IMG/VR virus record: IMGVR_UViG_3300021963_000069
Location: 1 to 64,000 of that record
Length of the DNA stretch: 64,000 nt
Direction: 5' to 3' (one strand)
From: a virus
A program made the translations under genes and the position numbers. Below the pieces are notes generated by a model, which was not told the origin of the DNA, did not search any database, and saw nothing but the letters and a program-made list of their open reading frames with translations. Each line of letters begins with the position of its first letter. The stretch's first letter is position 1. Positions 49,801 to 59,602 of this stretch are shown in pieces.

Positions 49801-52800
49801 TATCATAGTAAATCTTAAAGTTATATCCCACCAAAGAATTATCTGATAAATTAAATACTAAATTATTATTTTTAAATGATATAATCTGTGGATTTATTAA
49901 CGAAATGCTTTGATTAGATCCACCAGTACTGTTAATACCTACTATTGTTGGAGGGATTGTTTCAGAATCAATGTATGTTTCGCAAAGTTTTATAGAATTA
50001 TCATTAACCTTATAAACATAATAAAATCCTGTCGATAATCCAGACGCAACTGAATTTGCAGAATACAAGACTTTATCACCAGTTTTTAAATTATGTGAAT
50101 TAATTAAAATTGTATCTGTTTCCGTATTAATTCCACTAGAATTGAATGAAATTGGATTGATTAAAATATTACCAGTTATCAAATCTCTCTTAGTGTAAAT
50201 CGATGTTGATGTTCCAATTCCCACAGAAAGATTTGGTTTAATATTTAATTTAATATTATCTTGATTAGAAAGTTCGTGGGAAGTTGAAACTGAAACAACA
50301 GACTTAATTCTTTCAACCTTTCCAATTATTTGTGGATAAGTACTTTCAAATGAATATTTGTCATTATTGCTCCCATTAATTCTAAAAAATACATCAGAAG
50401 AAATAAGACTAGTTTTAATTCCAATAGTATTAATATTTTTATTCGTTACATATACATTTTGAGGTAAATCAAATGTACCGGAAGTTGGTGAAGTTGAAAT
50501 TGAGATTGGTGTTCCACCATTAGTTGTAAAAACTACTTTCTGATTATTAGAAAATGGATGATTTTCGATATAAATTCCTTGCGTAGGAATATTTCTAGTA
50601 ATATTTGAATCGCCAAATTTGAAGGTTGTTGTAATAGTGGCGCCAGGGGTAGTTCCAATTCCTACTGATTGGACTGGATTAAAAAATACCTTATTATTTA
50701 CTTTAGATTCAAAATAATCTATTTTTTGTGGAATAATAAATGAATCCGGAATAAAGTTTATTTGAGTGGTTGTAGTATGAGATACTCCAGTAGATCCTCG
50801 TTCTACTTTAAGAATATTAAGATTTTTATATACTTCTAATATTGATAGTATTTCTCCACCTATCGAAATACTACTTCCGACAGATACCGTAGTTGGAAGT
50901 TGCGTAACATAAATTTCGGTAGTTAATCCAGATGTTGGTGAAGAAGGAATGTCCTTAAGAACATTCGAATAATAAGAAGAAACTGTAATCTTATATGAAT
51001 TATTTAATTTGGATAAATTAGTAGAAAATCCTGAAATAACAATAAAGTCATTGTTTGATAAGTTATGATTTGGTTTGATTGTAACTTTTACTTCTTCTCC
51101 ATTTTCATATGTAAAAATGGCATTCTCGTAAGTTTCCACAGAAGTATCTATTTTTACGATATCTTTTCCTTCAATTGAAGATACTCTTGCGATTAGACCT
51201 CCACCTAAAGTATTGCTGTCATCAAAATTTAATACATCATTAACTTTATAATTAAATCCGGAATTAACAATATCAAAACCACTTATAAATCCTTCAGAAA
51301 CTGATTCAACAATTGCTTCTTGTGCGGTAATTTGATCTACCTCGTTTACGAAGTCATTTTTTGCATAATCATCAGAAACTTTATAAGGTAGAGTATTTCT
51401 AAGTAAATTTGAGTTATTAAAATCAAATTTTTGATTTAAAGTGGAATTTTCTTTTATTGTGTTTGATCTATACCTGTTTCCAATAAAATATGGAAATGTA
51501 GGATTTGAAGAGATGTCTAGAGTTGAAAAATAAGCATATACGCCATCGGGGAATTCTGGAGTTTTTCCAAATCTTCCATTATTTTCATCCAAATCTCCAG
51601 AATTTGTGTACTGATAATCTTCAACAAAAAATCCTGACGAAAAACTATTGGGTCTGTCAATAATATTTGAAGAATTCAATACATATCCAGATATTAGACT
51701 TTTAGGAATGGAGTTCGAATCCTTTGGATTGGAGTAACCATAAGGTCCGTAAATTGGATTTCCATCATATGCCCACCCAATTATATTAGATACTTTAGAT
51801 TCATTATCATTAAATGAGTTTCTTAAAGTATCAAAATATCCACAAACCGAGTACTGCAATTGATTTTCAGTCTCTCTTAAAATTTCATTACCAAACTTTA
51901 CATTATGATTGAGCGTTAAATCTCTAATATTAGCATCTAAAATAGCACCAGAACCCGCCGGTTTTACTTGAATTGTTGTAGAAGAACTAGAGTATCCAAT
52001 TCCGGCACTTATCACTTTAACGTCTGTTATTCTTTGATTTATAATAACAGGTCTTAAATCTGCTCCAGAACCACTACCGGTTAAATCAGTTACAATCAAA
52101 TCGGGAGTTGAATAATAATCATTTCCACTAGATTCAATATTTACTGAATTAATTTGACCATTTATAATAATTGGAGTTAATCTTGCCTCTCTGCCATTTT
52201 TTATGGATATTGATGGTTTTTTCTCAAGATTTAAAATTGTTGATCCATATCCGGTTCCACCTTGATATAGATAGGCATCAACAATAGTACCCTTAACTAC
52301 AGGAGTTGTCACAAGAGATTGAACTTGTTGAGTTGTCGTACCAAATCCAACAGGAGTATATTGTATAGAAACCGAAATATCAGGATAACTAAAATATTGA
52401 TATCCAGATCCTATGGAAGAAAATCTAACGTAATTTTTTCTGTTGTAGTTTGATATGTTAGTTCCACCAATTCCAGCATCGCAAAGTCTAAATGAATTAT
52501 CATTATTTTTTAAGACATAGTATTGAGATAATGTAGAAATGCCGATTGTGGATGTTTCATATTGATATGTTACAAGTTCTCCACTTTCAAATCCATGTTT
52601 TTGGAAATTAATTGCATGATTACTCGTAGATATTCCCGCAGAAGAAACAATTAATTTTCTATTTGTATATCCACTACCACCATTTAGTACCTTAATCTCT
52701 GATATTGTATTTTTGAATAGTGCAGTTGAAAACTTATGTATTCCGCCGGCATTAATTCCATTAAATTTGACAGTATTAATCCCTGACTGATAATCAGAAT

Positions 52801-55462
52801 TGGACTGATAAAGTCTGATAGTTCTGTTATTATCAATTTTAGGATAATATGTAGAATTATTAACTAAAGTTAAATTTGTAGTTCCGATGCTAATTGGTAA
52901 GTTACCATTAGAATTATAAACTATAGCTTCTCCATTACTTAAATTGTGATCGGATATAAAAGATAATTGATTCGTGGTAGAGCTAATTCCACCAGAATTA
53001 GTTGTTAATCTTCCATCAAATAAAATATCTCTCTTTCTTTTTGTGATAATTGGTTCCAATACACAATCAGATCCATTACCTCCGGTTATTTTGATAGAAA
53101 CAATTGTATTGATGTCATAATCTTGCGAGTCGATGTAAACTTTTTTAATTGATCCTCTAACCACCGGTCTAACCAAAGCAGTATTTCCAAGTCCAGCAGA
53201 AACAACTAGTAGTGGAGGGTTGATAACATCATAGTCATTTCCACCATTTAATACATTAATAGATTTTAGTGGTCCATAATAAACTTTATCATCTGATTTA
53301 TAATTGACAATTTCTACGCCATTAATTAACATTCCAACTGGACCAGGAATTGTTAATTCTCCGGTTCCTGTATCGATACTTTGAGATAATGGAAATTTTT
53401 TTAATAGTTTTTGAGCACCTATTATTCCTGATTTTTGAGAATATAACGTAAATTTGTGAGTTTGATTGGAAAAATTTGAATTAGAAAATGTTAAAAAATT
53501 ATCAGTTCCAACAAATGATCTTGATGAAAATACTCTTATTTTATTAGGTGAATCTAAAACTTGTATATAATAATCTCCAGTATCTAAACCTACAATTGGA
53601 GTTCCTGATGGTTGATAATAAATTCTATCTCCGGTGATAAACGGAACAGTATTTTGAAATACTATACTAGTATAATTGTCATCAATTACATCAGTTATTC
53701 CTACTCCAACAGATGTTTTAATGTCTTTTGTTATTCTATATGTAAAATTTCCAGCATATCCATCTCTTCCCGATGGTAATGAATTGGAAGCTACATACGA
53801 ATACTCACTATCAGTATATAAATTTTGAATATCAGATATAATAACATTATTTCCAAACTGTATTGGAACTATTGTACTATTTGCGGTATTAATTTTTCTC
53901 CTTAAATCGTATTTTGCACCAATTTCTGCAGAAAATCCAGAATTAGTAATAATAACTCTATTTTCTGCTGATACAATATCAGAAATATATGCACCGGATG
54001 ATGAAACTACTATGTTAGTGCCTCTTTCTAATATTTCAACTTCATCTCCAACTTTTAAACTAGATCTATCAATTGGACTTTTTAAAATAAAATTATTAAT
54101 ATTTTCTATTTCATATCTAGATGCGGTGTTGTATATCCAAGAATTTGCAAAAATTTCTTTATATGTTTTATTATTTTGTGGATTTCTGATTAAATCTCCA
54201 ATATTTTTAACAGAAATTATTTGACCCTCATCTAGATTTAAGGTATCGGATACTTGTACAAATTTAGATAATACTCCGGCAAGCCTTATCTCAACCTTTT
54301 TATTTAAATCTCCGTCTTCATAACTAAAATAAATTTCATCGGATCTTATGTTGTCGGTTGATAAAATTACCGATGTAATTCCCACACATCCAAAAAATTG
54401 ATTAATACTTTTACTAGTATAATTAATCTTATTATTTCCGGATACAAGTGCTCCTTTTTCTGGAAATCCAATCGTGGAGTCTACTGAAATTACCGAAGAT
54501 CCAATAGAAACATTTGTTATACATTTTGTATTTGGAGTAATTGTAAAATTTCCAAGAACAGCAGAAAAATTTTCATATCCAACAAAAAGTGAAATTTTAA
54601 AGTATGGAATATTATTTCTGGTAAATATTTCTACTTCAGAAATTGAGGCGCTGATATTTTCATCATTAACTTTTTTAAGTGTTTGTCCCACCAATTTAGA
54701 AGGATCTCCCGAAATTCTCTCTGCGATTAAAACTTCTCTTCTGATAAATTCTGCGGAGGAAGGTTTAATTAAAAAATTCTCTAGGTTTACAACCTGTGGC
54801 GTTACTCCATATAAAATATTAAATAAAATTCTAAATGATTCGTCAGTTCCTTTTGATTGATAAAAAGATTTTGCTTCTTTTATAAAATTACCAACATTTA
54901 AATTTGATACAAAATCATATTCTTCCAATCCAGGAGTGAAAGTATATTTTAATTTTTTATAAAATTCTTTCAAAAATAAAGAACTTAAATTTTGTACTAG
55001 TACCCCACTATTATGAGAAACAGCTTCGGATTCGGAAAATACTAGTTCTTCTTGATTTAAATTTTTATGATAGTCAACAATTCCACTAAATCCACGAATA
55101 CAACCGGTAAATGTATTTGTAGTTAATCCAGTGTAGGTAATAATTTCATCATCAATTTTGAGTAATCCATAAGTTTGAGGAAATCCCTTAGTCGAGGTAA
55201 CCGTAACAATTCCGGAAGAGGATGAAATATTAGTGGATAATCTGACAGAATCTACAATAACTTCGGGAGTTAAATTATCTAATTTTAAATATTGATCTAA
55301 ATTTTCTGCAATATCAATTGGACCACCTTGATATTCCTGAGAAATATAATATTGTTTTAAGAATTCTGCCGTATTGGGACTTTCATCCAAAATAAAATTT
55401 GGAAGTTGACTTTCTATAACTTGTTGAACCTTAACTCTAGATTCGAACCCAGTCTGTATCAT
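43889..55462 (-). CDS. g7: Baseplate wedge initiator, 3857 aa
   Basis: FLKQYY, FYQSKGT..SF.ILF, IIGWAYDGNPIYGPYG and DNDYYQNLSY...VH.SG. Lies between g6 and g8. Confidence 0.88.
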   Translation of the reverse strand: MIQTGFESRVKVQQVIESQLPNFILDESPNTAEFLKQYYISQEYQGGPIDIAENLDQYLKLDNLTPEVIVDSVRLSTNISSSSGIVTVTSTKGFPQTYGLLKIDDEIITYTGLTTNTFTGCIRGFSGIVDYHKNLNQEELVFSESEAVSHNSGVLVQNLSSLFLKEFYKKLKYTFTPGLEEYDFVSNLNVGNFIKEAKSFYQSKGTDESFRILFNILYGVTPQVVNLENFLIKPSSAEFIRREVLIAERISGDPSKLVGQTLKKVNDENISASISEVEIFTRNNIPYFKISLFVGYENFSAVLGNFTITPNTKCITNVSIGSSVISVDSTIGFPEKGALVSGNNKINYTSKSINQFFGCVGITSVILSTDNIRSDEIYFSYEDGDLNKKVEIRLAGVLSKFVQVSDTLNLDEGQIISVKNIGDLIRNPQNNKTYKEIFANSWIYNTASRYEIENINNFILKSPIDRSSLKVGDEVEILERGTNIVVSSSGAYISDIVSAENRVIITNSGFSAEIGAKYDLRRKINTANSTIVPIQFGNNVIISDIQNLYTDSEYSYVASNSLPSGRDGYAGNFTYRITKDIKTSVGVGITDVIDDNYTSIVFQNTVPFITGDRIYYQPSGTPIVGLDTGDYYIQVLDSPNKIRVFSSRSFVGTDNFLTFSNSNFSNQTHKFTLYSQKSGIIGAQKLLKKFPLSQSIDTGTGELTIPGPVGMLINGVEIVNYKSDDKVYYGPLKSINVLNGGNDYDVINPPLLVVSAGLGNTALVRPVVRGSIKKVYIDSQDYDINTIVSIKITGGNGSDCVLEPIITKRKRDILFDGRLTTNSGGISSTTNQLSFISDHNLSNGEAIVYNSNGNLPISIGTTNLTLVNNSTYYPKIDNNRTIRLYQSNSDYQSGINTVKFNGINAGGIHKFSTALFKNTISEIKVLNGGSGYTNRKLIVSSAGISTSNHAINFQKHGFESGELVTYQYETSTIGISTLSQYYVLKNNDNSFRLCDAGIGGTNISNYNRKNYVRFSSIGSGYQYFSYPDISVSIQYTPVGFGTTTQQVQSLVTTPVVKGTIVDAYLYQGGTGYGSTILNLEKKPSISIKNGREARLTPIIINGQINSVNIESSGNDYYSTPDLIVTDLTGSGSGADLRPVIINQRITDVKVISAGIGYSSSSTTIQVKPAGSGAILDANIRDLTLNHNVKFGNEILRETENQLQYSVCGYFDTLRNSFNDNESKVSNIIGWAYDGNPIYGPYGYSNPKDSNSIPKSLISGYVLNSSNIIDRPNSFSSGFFVEDYQYTNSGDLDENNGRFGKTPEFPDGVYAYFSTLDISSNPTFPYFIGNRYRSNTIKENSTLNQKFDFNNSNLLRNTLPYKVSDDYAKNDFVNEVDQITAQEAIVESVSEGFISGFDIVNSGFNYKVNDVLNFDDSNTLGGGLIARVSSIEGKDIVKIDTSVETYENAIFTYENGEEVKVTIKPNHNLSNNDFIVISGFSTNLSKLNNSYKITVSSYYSNVLKDIPSSPTSGLTTEIYVTQLPTTVSVGSSISIGGEILSILEVYKNLNILKVERGSTGVSHTTTTQINFIPDSFIIPQKIDYFESKVNNKVFFNPVQSVGIGTTPGATITTTFKFGDSNITRNIPTQGIYIENHPFSNNQKVVFTTNGGTPISISTSPTSGTFDLPQNVYVTNKNINTIGIKTSLISSDVFFRINGSNNDKYSFESTYPQIIGKVERIKSVVSVSTSHELSNQDNIKLNIKPNLSVGIGTSTSIYTKRDLITGNILINPISFNSSGINTETDTILINSHNLKTGDKVLYSANSVASGLSTGFYYVYKVNDNSIKLCETYIDSETIPPTIVGINSTGGSNQSISLINPQIISFKNNNLVFNLSDNSLVGYNFKIYYDKDYKNEFISTPLSGIGTIGVSNNASITINYDDNIPTQLYYNLEKSGYISTSDKEVNNYSEILFVDSIYNSNYKISGVGTTTFNISLSKKPEKLTYTSNECDRLQYLTNSLSAKGPIDKINIISSGSGYKKLPSIKGSNSLAGKDAYIIPKSTSIGNAKEVRIIDEGFQYSSDKTLQPIAAISPLIIIKNSNTIDSVIVTNGGRGYTDVPSIVIVNIETGEEINSGILEATLSGNTINSVNIIQKPKGIPETAVGLYATNNTNGISIQKVESSSTGIFTCFITTPTLGFSTPAFNIGDEVFIEGIQKSSINGSGFNSENYGYKFFKISNYNNTGVLVAVTIDISKLTPNTGIAKTVQDSIGNIIKSIDYPSFNITKTPSSFNIGEKLISNGIERDLKISSYQNSFIKVLGRYELSTGEVIIGKESGNIATVDKIKSGFGRFNVDYSVEKSIGWSNDVGKLDQDNQVIPDNDYYQNLSYTIKSPITYQELRTPVNSLVHSSGLKNFSDTGITSTTNSGITTSENATTIFYDIIEENRVDTIYDFDLVKDIDVVGTSSKFLKLKNKKLTDYIECKTNVVLKIDNINRQFSDADGNPSEFINLAELNPGESYLNLLVRISTADNSQIQLSEIIILDNGNDLFLSEKSTIVNTGTEIIHFLEETTIGEFLLISDDNDDNYLRFVPKDPFNTDYDIKLINTNFNSDLPGIGTTSVGFVNLNSCNRTATSGIQTSIISVQKNKFSSLYSNVQIIDSVTKQMNFAEVYLNHNGISSDTYISEYYFDSEFSSNFYSGNHIGIFTASISPSGILSLDYISNSPNIVDIRSKIVGFGTTSIGIGTYRFISSGELPGNERSAIYQSNYSSTVSSASTIVSLNKSNFNAVKSLVEVSVGSTSALHQIMMVQDESNIYVQQLPFLSVGSTNGIGTFGGEYSGSNFILKFYPDPSVTSNVNILSFNQCLYTILDTQNTPPSLNYGDITEFIDIKQYNAINGGRINRTNFDLKSNNIPIFAKTFNPTSSTTLNPSTGVFTIQNHFFSDLEKLTYTPKSTFIGVGASAMRIGAGPTLLPSEVYVIKLSDNTFKLATTKSNAISGIGVTFTSYGSGNAHQLEMNKKLEKSLITIDNIVQYPLIFTPISYNLSGNGGQIGAGSSIFALSGISTIAPKDILKIDNEYMGIINVGLGTTNIGPITNSGGISLVEVKRAFVGSSASTHSDSSSVRIYRGSYNIVDSSIFFAESPRGNPQIIRDSSNLTFETSDFTGRVFLRNNYTSNQLYDDISNKFTGIGRTFTLTVGGANTVGLGTSGGNGILFINGVFQTPTTINNPENNFSIIENTVSGISSVVFSGIRDPEDLQIITSEYDINQNQTPRGGIIISLGSSTGLGYAPLVGAAVTAVVGAGGSIVSVGLGTTDNLGSGYNGIVSIGVSVYQSGHIGDTAIITASVGAGGTLSFNVGAGGTGYTNPKIFVSEPSYENLDVIGISRLGIGATTDTGIGLLLNVEVGASSTTGIGSTYFEVSRFSISRQGYSFRRGDVFKPVGLVTAKGLTSPLSEFRLTVVDTFSDSFAAWQFGEFDYIDSIKNYQDGIRTRFPLFYNNDLLSFEALEDSQVNLSNALLIVINGVIQDPGVAYQFEGGTSFVFTTAPRKEDNVAIFFYKGTGGDDTVLNTSINETLKRGDTVQVLKNNSISGTLTQNKRTIFDLSFSDKFETNLYSDQGVDSENNKPLSWIKQKVDRKINGENVYKTRDSIESLIYPTAKIIKDFSTTDTTIFVDNAEFFEYDNIINPKPFSSLIVNGISTITNGAVELISNIISIDGFSGIITGITTTTGSSGNPLALRFYLNSPAYTGLQTGYPIYIFDTRVGGGITSIDTSNSAVIGIGTTFVDNVYYIHQFSSNGTVGIITCNIRSNTSVVGLSSSGSTLNPIGKYSWGKLSGFTRSSSPISIGVSGNTVDVGLSTFPTIQRRGIGIRQTGALPKLL

Positions 55463-55463
55463 A

Positions 55464-57374
55464 TTATACTCTTATTAGATTCCCGTTTGAATAACTTGAG
55501 GTGTAGTAGTCTTTGATAAATGCCGTTCCAGATATTTCATCACCAGAAGCGATTACATCTCTTACCATATTTATTGTGCTTTTTTCGATACTAAAATTTA
55601 AATATAGATCTCTTAATCCAACAACATCATTTGATTCCGGAAATGCCTGTATTTCGATAATATCATTTGGTTTAGATGTGGAAATAATATTTAATGGTCC
55701 TAATGTAATTTCACCCTTGGTATAATCGACCGTTCCGGCAGATTTTACAACCACTCTTGTGGACCCGTCACTTAATGGTCTTACTACTGACAATATTCCT
55801 TTTCCACTTCCATCTAAATTTCTACTAGAATCCTTGTTTGGAACATCTGTTAGATATACCGTTTCTGATTCTCCGGAAATTTTAAATCCGGTACTTTTAA
55901 TATTAAATCCATCACAATTAATATGAAATTTGTTTCCAAAACATAATTCATATTGAGTAACTTGATTTATTAGTGCCTTTAGGTCTCTTCTAATTTTAAC
56001 CTTGGTGATATTAGAGGTTATGGAAGTGTCGGTATTATCAATTATTTGAAGAACTTTGCTGTACTTGAATCTTCCACCAAATGAGTTAAGATCAACAGAT
56101 TTCGAGTATTCAGTTAATGAATTTATTACTTTTGTTTTTAGTGATTCTAATGAAGATACTTGATTGTAATTATAATAAATTGATGAATCAATCTCAACAT
56201 ATAGTAGTTTAAGATCAATTATTTCTTGATTAATTCCGGAAATACTATATTGTCTTAGTTTATTTTTAATTTGTTGTTTATTAAAATCTGAAACAAAGGT
56301 TCCATTTTTTGGTTTAATGCTTATAAATACTGTTCCAAATTGCGCAGGAACGAGTTCTTCTCCACCAACAACCGCAACAGATTCGGTATCTGGATATATT
56401 TTTTTTATAATTGCCTCATAATCTCTCGAAGTTACCGCTCTATATTGTGAGGAATAAATTCTCGGAGCAAAATACTTAACAGAATCTACTGATTCTATTT
56501 CTGATCCATTTTGAGATGACTGATTTGTCGTGATGGATACTGAACCTATATTAATTGTTGCTCCTTCTGCATTTCGGATACTTCCGGCAAAAGAAAAAGA
56601 AGATGCCCCATTACCTTCTTTTCCGTCAGTTACGATATAATTTACGGTAATGACAGCATTATTTTCTAATTTTTGTCCAATAATACCATCACCAAAAAGT
56701 AATTCATACTTTTCATCCTGAACTTCTTGTAAAAGATAAATTTTTGAGTTTGATTTTACTTCAAGAATGTTATCAACCGAAAAATATTCTACACCAACAC
56801 CACTATCATTAATTCCTTTCACATAAACGGAGATTGTCGAAGTATCGATGAAAGAATTATTCAATATAAATCTTTGATCTAATGATCCATCAACAATAAA
56901 TTGTTTTGTGAGAAATGTTCCCTGATATGCATCAATACTATTAAAGGATGCCGCTTCATTCACCACATTTGCCGAGATATCATCAGGAATTGAAAATGTA
57001 TAAGAGGTATTATCAACGGACCCCACACACACCAAACCCGCCTGTAAGGTCACTACGGAAGTATTTGTGGTTACTGGTACATTAAAGGATACTCGTGCCT
57101 TTGCTGCTGTCCTGGAGCGAGGTACATAACCAATATTTCTTGCGAGCGAGACTACATTTTCTCTTAATGTTGCAGAATCCAAGAAGGATTCATTCACAAT
57201 CATATTCGAGTTAAATGCGGTAATATAGGTATTATATGCCAGAGTGTCGATTAATACTGAAAAATTAGACCCCTCAAAGTCAAAATCCGTGAATGTGGAG
57301 TTGGCACGGAGATAATCTTTAATCGAGGTCTTTATCTGATCAAAATCCAGATTTGTAAATTTAGTGAAAGGCAT
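55464..57374 (-). CDS. g6: Baseplate wedge subunit
   Basis: LDFDQIK, DFEGSN, NESFLDSA and QYRAVT..DY. Confidence 0.95.
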   Translation of the reverse strand: MPFTKFTNLDFDQIKTSIKDYLRANSTFTDFDFEGSNFSVLIDTLAYNTYITAFNSNMIVNESFLDSATLRENVVSLARNIGYVPRSRTAAKARVSFNVPVTTNTSVVTLQAGLVCVGSVDNTSYTFSIPDDISANVVNEAASFNSIDAYQGTFLTKQFIVDGSLDQRFILNNSFIDTSTISVYVKGINDSGVGVEYFSVDNILEVKSNSKIYLLQEVQDEKYELLFGDGIIGQKLENNAVITVNYIVTDGKEGNGASSFSFAGSIRNAEGATINIGSVSITTNQSSQNGSEIESVDSVKYFAPRIYSSQYRAVTSRDYEAIIKKIYPDTESVAVVGGEELVPAQFGTVFISIKPKNGTFVSDFNKQQIKNKLRQYSISGINQEIIDLKLLYVEIDSSIYYNYNQVSSLESLKTKVINSLTEYSKSVDLNSFGGRFKYSKVLQIIDNTDTSITSNITKVKIRRDLKALINQVTQYELCFGNKFHINCDGFNIKSTGFKISGESETVYLTDVPNKDSSRNLDGSGKGILSVVRPLSDGSTRVVVKSAGTVDYTKGEITLGPLNIISTSKPNDIIEIQAFPESNDVVGLRDLYLNFSIEKSTINMVRDVIASGDEISGTAFIKDYYTSSYSNGNLIRV

Positions 57375-57375
57375 T

Positions 57376-57777
57376 TTATCTTGTTGCCTCTAATATGAAT
57401 GAGTATTCTTGAGTTGGTATTTCTTGTCCTATAATATCAAAAATAATTGTTACATTAAATGTATTATCATCTGGAATAGGATCCACCTGAACGATTACAT
57501 TATTCACTCTTGGTTCAAAGTTATTAATTGATATTTCAATTTGACTTTGTATTACTGATGCAGTACCAAAATCGACAAATTCAAATAAACTTTTTGTAAT
57601 ATCAGATCCTAATATTGAATTGAAGAATCTTTCCGTTGGAATAGTTTCTACAATATTTCTTACTGATCTGCGAATTGCATTTTCATTTTTTAATATTGGC
57701 AGATCCTTTGTTACTGGATGAGGTTCAAAGGATAAACTGATATCTTTAAATGATCTGGATATCCTTTGAATTGCCAT
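57376..57777 (-). CDS. g25: Baseplate wedge subunit
   Basis: AIRRSVRNIV.T...ERFF...GS and NFEPRV. Confidence 0.93.
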   Translation of the reverse strand: MAIQRISRSFKDISLSFEPHPVTKDLPILKNENAIRRSVRNIVETIPTERFFNSILGSDITKSLFEFVDFGTASVIQSQIEISINNFEPRVNNVIVQVDPIPDDNTFNVTIIFDIIGQEIPTQEYSFILEATR

Positions 57778-57805
57778 CGAATAAAAGTTTTTTATTTATT
57801 TATAC

Positions 57806-58048
57806 TTACTTCCAGGAAGAACCATAGTTTGGTTCGGTTCCGTAGGTCCAGTCATCGTAATCTTCGTCATTACGAATTTTTTCATGAAGTTCCTGCTGTT
57901 TTTTGAGATCATGTTTTGGTGCGGTATCGTGCATAACTTCTTGAATCACTCTTGTGGGTGGCACTTTTTCATAATCTGTAATCAATCTTGATGTTCCCCA
58001 CATCTCTCTCATGTAATTTTTGTCTCTATCCACGGGTAAATTTGCCAT
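57806..58048 (-). CDS. Conserved cyanophage hypothetical protein
   Basis: Y.REMWGT..LITDY...IRNDEDYDDW.YGTEP. AGGAG upstream. Confidence 0.7.
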   Translation of the reverse strand: MANLPVDRDKNYMREMWGTSRLITDYEKVPPTRVIQEVMHDTAPKHDLKKQQELHEKIRNDEDYDDWTYGTEPNYGSSWK

Positions 58049-58114
58049 TTTTTGCTCCTGTTTTAAAGTTAAAACAGAACTTTTATAAAGGAGGTTCCTA
58101 TCTCCCTGTATTAT

Positions 58115-58456
58115 TTAACGATTTACTTCTCGTAGATTATAATTGTAGGAATTTAGGTATTTAAGTAACTCAATTACAACAAGTCTAGGATTTCCTTCAC
58201 CACAGGTATATACGTCAATTGCCACACAACCATTTTCTGGCCATGTGTGGCATGATACGTGACTTTCGGAAAGAGCGATGACAATAGTACATCCCTGAGG
58301 AACAAAACAATGGGAAAAAATGTTTAAAATTGTCATTTTTGCACGAGTAATACCTTTCTCCATTGCTTCTTGGAGTGATATTACGTCGTTTAGTATTTTA
58401 AAATCTACATCGTACACCTCTAAAAGGAGATGTGTTCCCATTGAATACTGTTCCAA
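58115..58456 (-). CDS. speD: S-adenosylmethionine decarboxylase proenzyme (auxiliary metabolic gene)
   Basis: GTHLL, F.PQG.T, LSESH autocleavage site, HTWPE and DVYTCG. Confidence 0.93.
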   Translation of the reverse strand: MEQYSMGTHLLLEVYDVDFKILNDVISLQEAMEKGITRAKMTILNIFSHCFVPQGCTIVIALSESHVSCHTWPENGCVAIDVYTCGEGNPRLVVIELLKYLNSYNYNLREVNR

Positions 58457-58483
58457 TTATAATTTCAATAAAAACTTATTTAT

Positions 58484-58630
58484 TTACGATTTTCCTTGCC
58501 CTCGGTATTTTTTTCTTGCTTTATTTCGTGATGTTGAGGAATATTTTGTATTTAAACCCATTCCTTGCTTTGTTTTTTTGGGAAAAGATTCAATTTCTTG
58601 CTTACCGCCGGATGATTTTTTGATTGCCAT
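58484..58630 (-). CDS. Small basic protein, 48 aa (MAIKKSSGG...RNKARKKYRGQGKS)
   Basis: Hand-translated. GGAG upstream; ends in the conserved-looking YRGQG motif. Confidence 0.7.
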   Translation of the reverse strand: MAIKKSSGGKQEIESFPKKTKQGMGLNTKYSSTSRNKARKKYRGQGKS

Positions 58631-58632
58631 GG

Positions 58633-58791
58633 TTATTCTCCTATAATTTCGGTTTCAATTTCGTTTGGATTTGGAGAACCTGTCTGATAAAACTCAGCTG
58701 CCAGGTCCTCTATAACATTAAAATACTCTTCTTCCGAGAGATTTGAGTATATTTTTCTACCATTACATAGAATATTATATACTTCTTTCAT
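58633..58791 (-). CDS. Small conserved hypothetical protein (MKEVYNILCNGRKIY...)
   Basis: Start moved to the ATG at 58791. Confidence 0.65.
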   Translation of the reverse strand: MKEVYNILCNGRKIYSNLSEEEYFNVIEDLAAEFYQTGSPNPNEIETEIIGE

Positions 58792-58795
58792 TTTT

Positions 58796-59554
58796 TCAGA
58801 TAATTCGTGTTTTTTCGTGCCCGACTCGAATGCGAGGGTCACACCAAATCTCAAATCCTGCTTCTTTTGCGTCTAAACAGAAAGATACGTCCTCTCCACA
58901 CATATCCTGAACCTCTCCGGATTCAAAAACTTGCATTTTTGGAGCAAACCATGGATATTTCATTTCGGAGTGTTCAAAAACTCCTTTTTTAATGAGTAAC
59001 CAACCAAAACCGGCATAATCCACCGTAAATGGTTTGCGTCTTTTGCTGATACTATCAACTGTTTCGTGATTCATGACTCCACCATTATTGCGGAAGTCAT
59101 CTTCTTCCATCCAGTGAGCGACAGATGTGGTATGACCGTCTTCTGTGGCGTACCAACCGGAGGCAATATCCTTATTCATTAGAACAAGTTGCCAAAACTT
59201 TTCACTACTGAATACAATATCTGAGTCAATCCATAATTGCCAATCATAGTTTAGTTTTCCGTCCCATGGAAGTTGATCCGGACCTCTCAGAACATTTGCT
59301 CCAAGGCATTTGCAACGAGCAAAGTTTACCATGGAAGAATAGTCTTGAGAAATCTGAATACTTGCTCCGGACTGAACTAGATCAAAGCAGAGTTGTACAA
59401 AATTCTTAAGATAGGTATAGGATACTCCTCTTCCGGGTAAACAGAATACTATTGATTTTCCTTTTACTATTTCTTTTGCTAAGTTATAGTCCCATTCTGG
59501 TTGACTATCTGATGTAACGGGCGATTTTGCCTTTACTGTGAATCCTTTTGCCAT
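58796..59554 (-). CDS. GT-A fold glycosyltransferase-like protein
   Basis: WIDSD (DxD), GFGWLLIK..VFE, GED.SFC and VGHEK. Preceded by TTGACC-N17-TATAAT at 59606-59578. Confidence 0.75.
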   Translation of the reverse strand: MAKGFTVKAKSPVTSDSQPEWDYNLAKEIVKGKSIVFCLPGRGVSYTYLKNFVQLCFDLVQSGASIQISQDYSSMVNFARCKCLGANVLRGPDQLPWDGKLNYDWQLWIDSDIVFSSEKFWQLVLMNKDIASGWYATEDGHTTSVAHWMEEDDFRNNGGVMNHETVDSISKRRKPFTVDYAGFGWLLIKKGVFEHSEMKYPWFAPKMQVFESGEVQDMCGEDVSFCLDAKEAGFEIWCDPRIRVGHEKTRII

Positions 59555-59602
59555 AAAATTACAATACTCAATTCTTTATTATAACAGATTATCTATAAGA
59601 GG

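Noticed and set aside
25205-55462. Inteins, introns or diversity-generating retroelement targets in g17, g7 or the VrlC-like gene
   Set aside because: The frames are continuous, I saw no intein splice-junction motifs, and there is no reverse transcriptase in the window. The large sizes are normal for cyanomyovirus baseplate proteins.
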